Below are positions 38,012-47,797 of a stretch of 64,000 bases of DNA, piece after piece (position 1 is the stretch's first letter; the number at the start of each line of letters is the position of its first letter). Source of the DNA: an uncultured bacterium (lineage in GTDB: Bacteria > Bacillota_I > Bacilli_A > RFN20 > CAG-826); assembly GCA_949291375.1 (NCBI GenBank), contig CASEVI010000003.1, positions 14,224 to 78,223 of the forward strand. Direction: 5' to 3'. The notes beneath the pieces are model-generated. The model was not told where the DNA came from. It saw nothing but the letters and a program-made list of their open reading frames with translations, and searched no databases. The position numbers and the translations under genes are program-made.

Positions 38012-38836
38012 TTACTTATTGATTATTTCTAACGCTTTCTTTTCGGTCTCTTCATCCGTTTCCATATCTGGTAATGTATCAGCAACCGTTGAAGTAACTT
38101 CGCCACTATCATCTTCGTTATCGACATATTCGTAATTATCTTTGCCATTAATAACTGCTTGGTCAGCTTGAACTGCCGTTTGAAGTTCAATAGACATAAC
38201 CCCATATTTTGAAAGCAATTGTTTTAAAACTGTCTTTTGTGCCATTGTGTCAAAATCACTTTTCCATAATGAAGTGGTTGTTGAATTAGTAAATGCTTTT
38301 GAATATCTTTTAGCGTGTTCCATACATTGCTTTGTAGTCCAATAAAGTGTTTTCTTAAAGCCATTAAGTAATTCAAAATAAGCAAAGTAGCCAACTACTG
38401 GCTTATCATCGAACTCATGAGAAAATTTAAACTCATCATCGCCAAATTCATCCTGCCCTATGTATTCACCTTCATGAACTGGTCTAACACCTAGTCTTTT
38501 ATATTGACCTGTTCTTTCAGCAAGTTGAATCAAACCTTTATACATAAGTTGGAATTGTGCTTTATCGCCAGTTTTAGTTTTATAAGGAACTAACGCACAA
38601 TAACCTAATGAACTTGAAAGTGATAATTTAAGTGAATTAGCCATTAATCCACCCGCAATTATTGAACCTGCGTCGCAAGTTTTTAAAGCATAATTATTTG
38701 CAACAACTGAAGTAATATCAGCGACAAACTTTTCAGCTACTTTTTTATCGGTTAAAGTTCCGTTGATCATTTGCTTATATGCGTCTGTTTTAATTGCTAC
38801 GCTAAATGGCAATTGTTTTTTTGTAATTTCGTTCAT
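38012..38836 (-). CDS. recT: RecT-family single-strand annealing recombinase
   Basis: LPFSVAIKTDAYKQMINGTL ... LKTCDAGSIIAGGLMANSLKLSL ... QFQLMYKGLIQLAERTGQ. Confidence 0.75.
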   Translation of the reverse strand: MNEITKKQLPFSVAIKTDAYKQMINGTLTDKKVAEKFVADITSVVANNYALKTCDAGSIIAGGLMANSLKLSLSSSLGYCALVPYKTKTGDKAQFQLMYKGLIQLAERTGQYKRLGVRPVHEGEYIGQDEFGDDEFKFSHEFDDKPVVGYFAYFELLNGFKKTLYWTTKQCMEHAKRYSKAFTNSTTTSLWKSDFDTMAQKTVLKQLLSKYGVMSIELQTAVQADQAVINGKDNYEYVDNEDDSGEVTSTVADTLPDMETDEETEKKALEIINK

Positions 38837-38838
38837 CT

Positions 38839-39297
38839 TTATTTCTCCTCTAATTTGTAATCAACATTTGCTTTTGTAAGTAAGGTTGTAATTTTCTCAA
38901 TTAATTTTTGGTCGGTAATTGTATTGACCGTTAATTTCCAAGATTTATTTTTAACCTTACCTTCTTTTTCGATTTCATAATTTTCAATTTGCTTTCCAAT
39001 TTCTTTGTAAGCACTATCTAAAATCTTTTCGATTTCTTTACAGTTAGATTCAAAGTTGGCAGAAAATTTTTTAGTAATTAATAATCGACCATTTTTAATC
39101 TCGTCTCTTCTCTTACCAATTTGCGTTCTAACTTGTTTTTTGTTTTTCTTATCTTCTGCTGATAAGATTTCGCTTCTAATTGAAGGTTCATTAACAATTT
39201 CTTCGGCAACTTTTTTTATTTCATCAAAGTTAGTAATAGTTAATTCTCCATCGACTAATTTTGCTTGGAAAAGTGGTACTGTTTTTAATTCATCCAT
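38839..39297 (-). CDS. hypothetical protein (152 aa), K/E-rich
   Basis: ORF between the exonuclease and recT. Confidence 0.45.
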   Translation of the reverse strand: MDELKTVPLFQAKLVDGELTITNFDEIKKVAEEIVNEPSIRSEILSAEDKKNKKQVRTQIGKRRDEIKNGRLLITKKFSANFESNCKEIEKILDSAYKEIGKQIENYEIEKEGKVKNKSWKLTVNTITDQKLIEKITTLLTKANVDYKLEEK

Positions 39298-39307
39298 ATT
39301 ATTTCTC

Positions 39308-39493
39308 CTAAACTTTAAATGTAATTAAACCATTTTTATGATTTCTTTTTTTGTATGTTGGTGTTGAATAAAAGCGAATAGTATCTTTTCTCACATGATA
39401 TTTTTTACTCAAATATTCAAGTGTCCCCATATCAATAAATTCATCGCCTTTATACATAGCCCACCATTGATTAGTATCTTTCTTTCTTGACAT
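39308..39493 (-). CDS. small basic protein (61 aa)
   Basis: ORF. Confidence 0.4.
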   Translation of the reverse strand: MSRKKDTNQWWAMYKGDEFIDMGTLEYLSKKYHVRKDTIRFYSTPTYKKRNHKNGLITFKV

Positions 39494-39504
39494 AATCCCC
39501 CTTT

Positions 39505-40197
39505 TTAAAATGCTGGTATTTCATCCCCTTTTAAATATTTTTCATAAAATTCTGTTTCTTTCTTTTCGAGCCATTTGATACGTTCTTCAAAGTCTTTGCG
39601 ATCAATGTAGTAGTATCTAATCTCTTCATGGTCGAATGTCCATTTCTCATTAATTTCTTTTTCGAATCGTAATTTTGCAACCAATACAGCAAAGTTATAA
39701 TCGTTATAAACAAGTAAGTAATGAAGCACTTGGATCAAATAATTTTGTGGTAATTGACCATCCCATTCTTCTAAATCTTTTTGCGATTTAATAACCTTTG
39801 TCTTGATTTCTAAAATTCCTCGACCTTTATACCCAAATGGACTTTTGCCTTCTTCTTTTACTTCAATAGTTCCATCAATGGTGGCTGAGATAAAATGTTT
39901 GTCAGATTTTACAGCCATTTCAATATGTTTAAAATTTGGAGGAATCGTCTCCCAGCCCCATTGAAGAAAGTTTATTCTAGCGATTTCCCTTATAGGTCCT
40001 TCGCATAGATTTCCGTATTCTTGTGTTTCGTTTGGTGGTGTAATTTTTTTATTAAAGAAATTAGACCAAGTATCAATAGCACTCTGCCATTTATTTAAAC
40101 CAATGATAGACGATGCACTACTTCCACCTATTTTTCTCCCCTTTAATAACCACTCTTCACGATTTTTGAATTTTAATATCTTGTAATTTTTTTCCAT
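39505..40197 (-). CDS. YqaJ-like (lambda-exonuclease-type) recombination exonuclease
   Basis: KIGGSSASSIIGLNKWQSAIDTW motif; partner of RecT. Confidence 0.7.
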   Translation of the reverse strand: MEKNYKILKFKNREEWLLKGRKIGGSSASSIIGLNKWQSAIDTWSNFFNKKITPPNETQEYGNLCEGPIREIARINFLQWGWETIPPNFKHIEMAVKSDKHFISATIDGTIEVKEEGKSPFGYKGRGILEIKTKVIKSQKDLEEWDGQLPQNYLIQVLHYLLVYNDYNFAVLVAKLRFEKEINEKWTFDHEEIRYYYIDRKDFEERIKWLEKKETEFYEKYLKGDEIPAF

Positions 40198-40257
40198 ACG
40201 TTCTATACTCTTAACGATGTTATTTTGCGAGAGACCTTAACCATTTAAGGTCTTTTT

Positions 40258-40527
40258 TTATGCAATTTCATTTTCATCAGTTAAAATAAATTCTTTAAAA
40301 AGTTTGATACCGACATCACCCTCATAATCTTTTTCGACAATAATTCTGTTGTCTTGATAAGTGACTGACAATTCAAGGCGATGATTTTCGTAATTTTGAT
40401 AAATCAAATTTAATTTATCTCTTAAAGAATCCATATCAACTAAATATTCAGTTCTTTCAATTCTTTCCTCGTTTTGGTTATAAGTTTTTTCAATTAATTT
40501 CATTTTTGCTATGCTCCTTAATTTCAA
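40258..40527 (-). CDS. small protein (89 aa)
   Basis: ORF. Confidence 0.4.
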   Translation of the reverse strand: MKLRSIAKMKLIEKTYNQNEERIERTEYLVDMDSLRDKLNLIYQNYENHRLELSVTYQDNRIIVEKDYEGDVGIKLFKEFILTDENEIA

Positions 40528-40637
40528 TAATTTGATAGCCTTTTTTATTAACTATGATTTGTAAGTCGCTATCTTGTATTTGTAAAATCTTGCAAATCTT
40601 TTTTGCGTGGTATTGCACACTTAATGCGTCTCTTTCA

Positions 40638-40865
40638 CTATCTAAAATCTTCATTTCCTCCTTTCAAGAATTTCATTTCTTTTTCAACATTTGTTCCGAG
40701 TTCTTTTAAGAATTTATCTCTAAAAATTAAATCTCTAAAAGATGGATGTTGGCATTTTTTATACATTTTTGTTAAATAATTTCTGTTTAAGCCAGAATAT
40801 TCTCTAGCTTCTTTTTTTGTCCAAATTGAACGAACTAATAATTCTAACTTTTCTTCTCGTTCCAT
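40638..40865 (-). CDS. small protein (75 aa)
   Basis: ORF. Confidence 0.4.
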   Translation of the reverse strand: MEREEKLELLVRSIWTKKEAREYSGLNRNYLTKMYKKCQHPSFRDLIFRDKFLKELGTNVEKEMKFLKGGNEDFR

Positions 40866-41119
40866 TTTTCTAATATTTCCCTTGCTTTATCATTTCTAAA
40901 CTTATTCATTGCTTTTCCAAATCTCAAAAAAGTAACATAAACTTCAGCAATATCTTTACCAGCAAATTCTTTATTAGCCTTTAAGCATATATAAGCAATT
41001 TCTCGTATTGTTTTTTGCTTTTCTTCATTTATATCATCACTACATGATTCAGTAGCGACACACATAGAGACAATTCTTGCTAATTGGTTCTTTGTTAATT
41101 CAACTACATATTTTTCCAT
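40844..41119 (-). CDS. small protein (91 aa)
   Basis: ORF. Confidence 0.4.
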   Translation of the reverse strand: MEKYVVELTKNQLARIVSMCVATESCSDDINEEKQKTIREIAYICLKANKEFAGKDIAEVYVTFLRFGKAMNKFRNDKAREILEKWNEKKS

Positions 41120-41316
41120 TAAAACTTAACCTCCCTTCTAATAATGTCTAATTTCCTAATGCGAGTAATAAAACCTGCATTATTTTTAACTTCGAGAATA
41201 TGATCAGTTTCTTTAATAACTTCTCCTTCGACCACTAAAATTGAATTTCTAGTTGGTCGAAAAGATTTTCCATAAACATAATTTAATTTGCCTTTATAAG
41301 TTATTTTTTCTTTCAC
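41119..41316 (-). CDS. small protein (65 aa)
   Basis: ORF. Confidence 0.4.
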   Translation of the reverse strand: MKEKITYKGKLNYVYGKSFRPTRNSILVVEGEVIKETDHILEVKNNAGFITRIRKLDIIRREVKF

Positions 41317-41414
41317 AATTCCTCCTATCTAATATCTTGATAGACATTGTCTATTCTTTGTTAATTTTCTTCTTCCTGTTACTCTTTGCTTACAACTCCA
41401 TGGATGCGCCACGC

Positions 41415-41849
41415 TTATTGGTTTTCTATAAGAAAATCTGTCGCAAAACGATTAACAAGAGTTTTAAAATACTGAAAATTATTGCTTATATGGTTTTCTG
41501 TTGAAGATATAACCTCTACTGCTTTATGAATTGCATAATCATAAACAATCAAATTGTCTTCTTTTAATGTTTCATTAAGATAAGATTCGAATTCATTAAT
41601 ATTAGTATTATTTATATAATCGTTATCTATTAATACATCGATATAATTAGTTATATTAGTTTTATATATATTATTAGTATTATTAACAACATCAGTTATA
41701 TCTAATATCTTAACTCTAATATCTAATCTCTTATCTCTAGATAACATTGTTATCTCTTTGTTATCTTTTGTTATCTTTCTTCTTTCTCTCATGATAGAAG
41801 CCATGTTAGTTTCACTGCCAATTTCATAATTCAAAGTCCTCATCATCAA
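41415..41849 (-). CDS. hypothetical protein (144 aa, N-rich)
   Basis: ORF downstream of the rep gene. Confidence 0.45.
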   Translation of the reverse strand: MMMRTLNYEIGSETNMASIMRERRKITKDNKEITMLSRDKRLDIRVKILDITDVVNNTNNIYKTNITNYIDVLIDNDYINNTNINEFESYLNETLKEDNLIVYDYAIHKAVEVISSTENHISNNFQYFKTLVNRFATDFLIENQ

Positions 41850-42309
41850 TATCTTTAATATCTATAAAGTCTTTATTATTTGTTTTTTCTTTGCTTCTTT
41901 CTTTTTTATTTACAAACCCATTGCATTTTGACACTGGTGGTAGTGTCATTTTGCCACTGGTGGTAGTGTTGTTTTGCAACCAGTCCCATATTGCAACTAG
42001 TTCCATTTTGATACTGGTTAGTTTGTCAATATTTATTGAATACTCATTTATAAGACCTTGATTTTTTTTGGCGTCTATTAAATTTAATTCTTGAAGTTTT
42101 TTCAAAGATCTAATTATTTGGTTTCTTCCAAAGTTTGTTGCTCTTACGAAATCTTCTATACTTAATAAGCAATTGCCATTTAGTTTTTGAACAGTTAGAA
42201 TTAAAGAAAATAACTGTTGTTCAAGCCCTTTTATTCCGATTTTGTTTAACTCTAGAAATATAAAATAAAATTTAGGAATCGGGCTTTTTTTCTTTGTAAT
42301 TGTTTCCAT
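41824..42309 (-). CDS. phage replication initiator / replisome organizer (winged-HTH N-domain)
   Basis: FYFIFLELNKIGIKGLEQQLFSLILTVQKLNGNCLLSIEDFVRATNFGRNQIIRSLKKLQELNLI matches replisome-organizer N-domain architecture; iterons lie inside the gene. Confidence 0.6.
   Translation of the reverse strand: METITKKKSPIPKFYFIFLELNKIGIKGLEQQLFSLILTVQKLNGNCLLSIEDFVRATNFGRNQIIRSLKKLQELNLIDAKKNQGLINEYSINIDKLTSIKMELVAIWDWLQNNTTTSGKMTLPPVSKCNGFVNKKERSKEKTNNKDFIDIKDIDDEDFEL
41924..42027. repeat. iteron array (putative ori) inside the rep gene linker
   Basis: CATTTTG(A/C)CACTGGTGGTAGTGT twice in direct tandem, a third partial copy CCATTTTGATACTGGT, and TTGCAAC(C/T)AGT twice. Confidence 0.7.
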
Positions 42310-42350
42310 ATAACTTAATGGTTCAATTATTAAGTTATGTTTTCACAACT

Positions 42351-42581
42351 TTATAAATAAAAAAATAGATCACAAGTTTCTTTATCAGACAAATTAAACT
42401 CTTGCTTTGTTTTAGCAATTTGAGTTTGTGTAAAACGTGTCTTATTAGACAACTTATCTCTCAATGCTTGAGGTGTTATTCCTAAAAATTTTGCATAATT
42501 TTCTAATGTTTTAAGATTAGGATTGTCATTGATGAAACCTCTTAAATAAGAATAATTGAACTCCATTTTCCCTCCTTTCAT
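42351..42581 (-). CDS. Cro-like HTH regulator (76 aa)
   Basis: HTH YAKFLGITPQALRDKLS; divergent from the cI-like gene. Confidence 0.6.
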   Translation of the reverse strand: MKGGKMEFNYSYLRGFINDNPNLKTLENYAKFLGITPQALRDKLSNKTRFTQTQIAKTKQEFNLSDKETCDLFFYL

Positions 42582-42697
42582 GTTTTGTTTTCACAACATA
42601 ATTTTATTATAGTGCCTTTTTTTCGTTTTGCAAGAGTTTTTTTGTGAAAACGAAACTTTTTATTTGAAAATATTTTTTTCCTTAATATAATATAGAT
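42582..42697. promoter_or_regulatory. lysogeny-switch intergenic region with 11-mer operator GTTTTCACAAC
   Basis: GTTTTCACAAC at 42587-42597 and inverted TTGTGAAAAC at 42642-42651; a third copy lies downstream of cro at 42339-42349. Confidence 0.6.
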
Positions 42698-43039
42698 ATG
42701 AAAAACAAATATTTTGCAGTTAGATTAAAAGAAATTTTAGAGTTAAAAAAAGTTAAGCCTGCTGAATTATCAAGAAAAACAGGCATATCAAGAGGTAATA
42801 TTAGTCATTATTTGAATGGAGATTTTGTTCCAAAACAAGATTATTTATATTTGATTGCAACTACTCTTGATGTTAATCCGTTTTATTTAATGGGAGTTAG
42901 TGAAGATAAAAAACTTCCTTTAACATTGAGACAACAAGTTCTTTCAAAAATAGAAAGAATGAGCAATGCCCAGTTAAATAAATTAAATAATTTTATTGAC
43001 CAATTTATTTTTGACAGTGAAATTAAAAAGGAGAATTAA
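42698..43039 (+). CDS. XRE-family HTH repressor (cI-like, no peptidase domain)
   Basis: LSRKTGISRGNISHYLNG HTH; 113 aa. Confidence 0.7.
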   Translation: MKNKYFAVRLKEILELKKVKPAELSRKTGISRGNISHYLNGDFVPKQDYLYLIATTLDVNPFYLMGVSEDKKLPLTLRQQVLSKIERMSNAQLNKLNNFIDQFIFDSEIKKEN

Positions 43040-43041
43040 TT

Positions 43042-43239
43042 ATGGAAAACAAAAAGAAAGTTTGGAAGTTAGTAGTAGGAATTATATTACTTATACTCGG
43101 CTTTGCTGGATTCGTAGGAATGATTGGCAGCGGACAATCAAATGAAAGCGTAGAATATTACCTTGGTGCTTTTACTGCATTAGTTGCGTTCGTTGGTGGT
43201 GGAGTAGTTTTAATCTATCAATATGCAAAAGGCAAATAA
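43042..43239 (+). CDS. small 2-TM membrane protein (65 aa) in the lysogeny operon
   Basis: Two hydrophobic helices; co-oriented with the repressor (possible superinfection exclusion). Confidence 0.5.
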   Translation: MENKKKVWKLVVGIILLILGFAGFVGMIGSGQSNESVEYYLGAFTALVAFVGGGVVLIYQYAKGK

Positions 43240-43370
43240 AAAAGCCCAGCACACACAAATGCTAGGCTAGAAGATATAAACACTAAGCCACAAAACAAAA
43301 ATGGTTAAAAAAGGGCTCAATGCTATATATATAATATAGCATTTCCCTTAAAAATATAAAGGAGGAAAAT

Positions 43371-44480
43371 ATGGCTGTATTATTTGATAAAAAATCAAAA
43401 ACTTATTATGTAGACTCAAAAATTAAAAGAGCAGATGGAAGTTGGTATCATTTTAAGTATAAAGAAATTAACAACCAAGACTTCAAAAGTAAGCGATACG
43501 TTCAATCTATCGAAGCAGAAATTATTAGAAAAAAGAAAGTTGAAATTTGTTATCAACCATCATCAAAAGTTCAAAATGTTAGTGATTTAATCGAAAGTTA
43601 TATTAATTATCGAGAGAACGAACTTGCTTTCAACACAAAAGCAAACAATTTTTTAAGGGCTAAAAAATATATCGAGCCTTATTTTGAAAACTCTTTGTTA
43701 AAACTTTTTAATCCAGCTAATTTAGCCTCGTTTAGAATTTATCTTTCTAGCTTAAAGATTTGCGCTGAATATATGAATAATATAATTGCTATCACTCGTG
43801 ATTTAATTCGTTATGCAAGAATACTTGGTTTAATCAATAGCGATCAAAAAGATGATTGTCTTGTTCCTTTAATTCCTATCAAGAAAAAAGTTAATGAAGA
43901 AAAAGAAGCGAGGAATAAATATACTTCACTCAATGATTTAACGAAACTTCTTTCTGTAATCGATAATAAAAACGACTATGATATTTTAAAACTTTTATAT
44001 TTTAGTGGTCTTCGTCTTGGAGAGTTTTTAGGTATCGAAGTTAATGACATTGAGTTTAGTGATGATTTTGCAATTATCACAATTAAAAGACAAAGATTGA
44101 AAAATGGAGCATATACTAACCAATTAAAAACTTCTGCTTCTTATAAAAAAATAGCCTTTGCAAAAACAAATGCCGAAATTTTAAAAGAATATATTAAGCG
44201 AAACGATTTCAAAGAATACGATAAAATTTTCCCATTCAGTGGTGAGACTTTAAGAAAAAAATTAGATAAATATTCTAAACTCGCTAATCTTCCACACAAT
44301 ACTCTTCATGGCTATGGAAGAAAATCAATTAACACTGAACTTTATAAGGCTGGTGCTGACACAAAAGTTAGAACCACACTTTTAGGTCAAATTTCAATGT
44401 CGGTAAATGAGAACAATTATGTTGATAATCAAAGTGCTTTTGATAAGGGCTTAGATTTTATAAAATCAATTTCAGAGTAG
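43371..44480 (+). CDS. int: tyrosine-type site-specific integrase
   Basis: LLYFSGLRLGEFLGIEVNDIE (Arg box); C-terminal HTLHGYGRKS...LLGQ with Tyr; 369 aa. Confidence 0.75.
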   Translation: MAVLFDKKSKTYYVDSKIKRADGSWYHFKYKEINNQDFKSKRYVQSIEAEIIRKKKVEICYQPSSKVQNVSDLIESYINYRENELAFNTKANNFLRAKKYIEPYFENSLLKLFNPANLASFRIYLSSLKICAEYMNNIIAITRDLIRYARILGLINSDQKDDCLVPLIPIKKKVNEEKEARNKYTSLNDLTKLLSVIDNKNDYDILKLLYFSGLRLGEFLGIEVNDIEFSDDFAIITIKRQRLKNGAYTNQLKTSASYKKIAFAKTNAEILKEYIKRNDFKEYDKIFPFSGETLRKKLDKYSKLANLPHNTLHGYGRKSINTELYKAGADTKVRTTLLGQISMSVNENNYVDNQSAFDKGLDFIKSISE

Positions 44481-44987
44481 AAATTTCCCCCTTTTTTCCC
44501 CTTTCGATATTAAAAATACCGATAAATACACAATTTTGCCATTATAAATATAATGCCAAGTAAAAACGAATTTACATAAACCGACCCAACTGTCAACATT
44601 ATTAAAATAAACACTAAAAGTTCTATCGATACCCTCGTTCCTACTTTTTAAATATGAAACTTGATCAATTAAACGATCATCTTCATTATAAACATTGAAA
44701 GTAAAATTTAATGCTTGGGAAAAATCAGCTCCTTCATATGAAATTGTTACTTTTTTATAATCTGATAAATCCATACTAGATATGCGAAAATATTTAATCG
44801 AAAAGCGATATGGCGTAGAGTTATGTTCATATACTCTATGACAAGTATTTGTATAAAAATTTACCATTCTAGTATTAATTTCACCTTGTTTAGATAGAAA
44901 ATCTTTATTTCCTAGTCCAGAAGCAAATAATAAAACTGGTAAAAGTAAAAGTCCTTTAAACATATTTTTCCTCCTTTCACTATACAA
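44472..44987 (-). CDS. secreted protein with signal peptide (171 aa), at the prophage/host junction
   Basis: MFKGLLLLPVLLFASG signal peptide; overlaps the int 3' end. Confidence 0.5.
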   Translation of the reverse strand: MYSERRKNMFKGLLLLPVLLFASGLGNKDFLSKQGEINTRMVNFYTNTCHRVYEHNSTPYRFSIKYFRISSMDLSDYKKVTISYEGADFSQALNFTFNVYNEDDRLIDQVSYLKSRNEGIDRTFSVYFNNVDSWVGLCKFVFTWHYIYNGKIVYLSVFLISKGEKRGKFLL

Positions 44988-45081
44988 GAATGCTAGAAGA
45001 AGGAAAAAATATTCACAAAAAATGATTTTTATAAAAATTTTTCTTATTTTCTTTTTTTAAACCCTACCATATAATTTAAAT

Positions 45082-45615
45082 ATGATTATTCTTGTTGGAC
45101 CAAGTGCAAGTGGAAAAACAGAGATTGCTAAAATTCTCACCACTAAGTATGGCTTTAAAAAATTTGTTACTTCTACTACTAGAGCTCCTCGTGTAAATGA
45201 AATTAATGGCTTAGATTATAATTTCCTCACCGAGGATACTTTTATTAAGATGAGAAATAATAATGAATTTATTGAAACAACTTTTTATAACAATAATTAT
45301 TATGGAACTGAAAAAAAACTTATTGATGATAAGACTGTTTTAATTGTTGAAAGTAATGGATTAATCGCTTTTAAATTATCACAATATAAAAATATTTATT
45401 CCTACTTTTTAAATGCTGATGAAATTGAAAGAACTGAAAGAATGAGAAAAAGAGGGGATAGTGAAGAAGAAATTCATAAGCGTATTTATCATGATCGTTT
45501 TAAATTTGATACTTCCTTAAATAAATATATTGACAAATTTATTGATGAAAATAATAAAACTCCTGATGAAATAGCTAAAGAAATATATGATGATTATATT
45601 TCTCGTATAAAATAA
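45082..45615 (+). CDS. gmk: guanylate kinase-like P-loop kinase
   Basis: ILVGPSASGKTEIAKIL ... TSTTRAPRVNEINGLDYNFL. Confidence 0.6.
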   Translation: MIILVGPSASGKTEIAKILTTKYGFKKFVTSTTRAPRVNEINGLDYNFLTEDTFIKMRNNNEFIETTFYNNNYYGTEKKLIDDKTVLIVESNGLIAFKLSQYKNIYSYFLNADEIERTERMRKRGDSEEEIHKRIYHDRFKFDTSLNKYIDKFIDENNKTPDEIAKEIYDDYISRIK

Positions 45616-45660
45616 AAATTCTTCCTTCTTTAAATAAAGGAAGAATTTTTTATTTTATTA
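45616..45660. terminator. bidirectional terminator between gmk and tdk
   Basis: AATTCTTCCTT-ctttaaataa-AGGAAGAATTTTTT. Confidence 0.7.
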
Positions 45661-45661
45661 A

Positions 45662-46264
45662 TTATTTTCTATCTACTTGATGACAATGTCTACATCTAGG
45701 TTCATAACTTTCAGTAGCACCAACTAAAATAACTGGACCATCTGCTTTAGCAGGTTTCCCATCAATCAATCTTTGTGTTCTTGTTGCATCTTTTCCACAA
45801 ACCGCACAAATCGCAGTTAATTTATCAACTATTTCAGCTCTTGCTAAAAGATTTGCAACAACAGGAAAAGGATCACCTTTAAAATCAGTATCTAGCCCAG
45901 CACAAATAACTCTAATACCTCTATTTGCAAGTGTTTCAACAACATCAATTATTCCCTCATCAAAAAATTGAACTTCATCAATACAAACAACTTCTAAATC
46001 ACGAGTAATATATTTTAAAATATCCATTCCTTTAGAGATAGGGTGGGCTTTATATGACTTTTTTTCATGAGATACGACATCAGTATCACTATAACGATTA
46101 TCAATTTTAGGTTTAAAAACAATAAAATTCTTTTTAGCGTATTTTAAACGATTAATTCTTCTTAATAATTCTTCACTTTTTCCAGCAAACATTGGGCCGG
46201 TAATTACTTCAATCCAGCCTATACTTCTTTCTTCATTGCTCATATATTTTAAAATTCCTTTCAA
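45662..46264 (-). CDS. tdk: thymidine kinase
   Basis: [15 protein letters not shown]; C-terminal Zn ribbon CxxC...CRHCH. Confidence 0.85.
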   Translation of the reverse strand: MKGILKYMSNEERSIGWIEVITGPMFAGKSEELLRRINRLKYAKKNFIVFKPKIDNRYSDTDVVSHEKKSYKAHPISKGMDILKYITRDLEVVCIDEVQFFDEGIIDVVETLANRGIRVICAGLDTDFKGDPFPVVANLLARAEIVDKLTAICAVCGKDATRTQRLIDGKPAKADGPVILVGATESYEPRCRHCHQVDRK

Positions 46265-46274
46265 TAATTATTTA

Positions 46275-47198
46275 TTAATTTAAATTTTTATTAACATATT
46301 TATCGCTATCTAAATCTAGTGCATCCATTAATAATAATGGGATAATGAATTCATTGGCATAAGAATCAAATACTTTTTTATTAAATTCTTTATAAATTCC
46401 TAATGGCATTTTAGCATTATATTCATGCATAAAAACATAAACCGCATTATCTAAAAAGCAAACAATTAAATCAGATTTAAATGCATTATCAAAATCAACG
46501 ATATTGCATTGAACTTGTGGTGTAATAATATAATTAGCTTTTAATGGATCACTTGCTTTAACAGTGAATTTATCATTAAATTCCATGAATTCAAACTCAA
46601 TTTTTTCTCCAAGTCGTGGATCTTTAATCATCTCATCAATACTATTTTTTTCCATAATAGATAAAAAGGCGTTTAAATTTCTTGGAAAAGTAAATTTAAT
46701 AAAACGGCCATTATAATGATTTACTTCTTTTCTGCTATTTCCTTTTGAATCAGTAGTATAGTGAATAAAATCAAAAACATAATTACTTGAAAGAAAACTA
46801 ACATTATTTCTTTTAGCTTCAAATAATTTTGATGAATGGTATTCATCAGGTCTATTTACACATCTAGATTCATTGATGGAGCCAAAATCAATACCCTTAT
46901 TTGAATTAAAGAAATAATCATTTCCATAATTTAATTCAATAGCTTTCTTTTCTAAATCTTTTTCAAATGTAGATAAATATTTTTTATTATAAATGCTATA
47001 TCCAATTCCATATATAATCGCAGCTAAAATTAAACTTAAAAAGAAAATTATAAATAAAGTTGATTCTAAAAAAATTAAACCAATAATAAGACAAATCAAA
47101 CCAACTCCTAGTAAAGATAAAGAAACTATTGAAACAATATTTAATTTCTTCTTAAAAAAGATACGATTCGATTCGATAGTGTTAATAAATTCATCCAT
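46275..47198 (-). CDS. membrane protein, LemA-associated (DUF3137-like)
   Basis: N-terminal 2 TM; adjacent to and co-oriented with lemA. Confidence 0.5.
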   Translation of the reverse strand: MDEFINTIESNRIFFKKKLNIVSIVSLSLLGVGLICLIIGLIFLESTLFIIFFLSLILAAIIYGIGYSIYNKKYLSTFEKDLEKKAIELNYGNDYFFNSNKGIDFGSINESRCVNRPDEYHSSKLFEAKRNNVSFLSSNYVFDFIHYTTDSKGNSRKEVNHYNGRFIKFTFPRNLNAFLSIMEKNSIDEMIKDPRLGEKIEFEFMEFNDKFTVKASDPLKANYIITPQVQCNIVDFDNAFKSDLIVCFLDNAVYVFMHEYNAKMPLGIYKEFNKKVFDSYANEFIIPLLLMDALDLDSDKYVNKNLN

Positions 47199-47212
47199 AA
47201 ATAACTCTAAAA

Positions 47213-47797
47213 TTAGAAGTCAAATTTAACATCTTCTTTTTTCGATTCTTCAGCTTCAAAGAAATCTAAATCTTCTTTAAAACCAATTTTATTAGCAATA
47301 ATTGAAGATGGCCAAACATTTCTTTTTTGATTAAACATAGATACATTTGAATTATAAATTCTTCTTGCTGCTTGAAGTTGTTCTTCACAATCTGCAGTTT
47401 GTCTTTGAAGTTCGACAAAAGTTGCATCGGCCTTTAAATTTGGATATTGCTCAACCAAAATATTTAAACCTTTACTTACTTCAGAAATCTCATTTGTTAA
47501 TGTATTTTTATCTTTCATTGACATTTCTTTAATGGAATTTCCACTTCTTAAATTGACTACTTTTTCTAAGGTTTCTACTTCGTGTTTTGCATACCCTTTA
47601 GTAGCAGCTAAAGATTTAGTTAAAAGATCAAACCTCTTTGTTAATGCAACATCTATACCACTCGCTGATTCATCGACCTTTACCTTCATAACATTAAAAG
47701 TATTTCGTGTTGAAATGCACCAAGCAACAATAGCAATGATTGCAATTAAAATAACAACAATAACGACAATCAAAATAATTAACCATGTATCAGTCAC
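47213..47797 (-). CDS. lemA: LemA family protein
   Basis: N-terminal TM then conserved LemA region NTFNVMKVKVDESASGIDVALTKRFDLL. Confidence 0.7.
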   Translation of the reverse strand: MTDTWLIILIVVIVVILIAIIAIVAWCISTRNTFNVMKVKVDESASGIDVALTKRFDLLTKSLAATKGYAKHEVETLEKVVNLRSGNSIKEMSMKDKNTLTNEISEVSKGLNILVEQYPNLKADATFVELQRQTADCEEQLQAARRIYNSNVSMFNQKRNVWPSSIIANKIGFKEDLDFFEAEESKKEDVKFDF

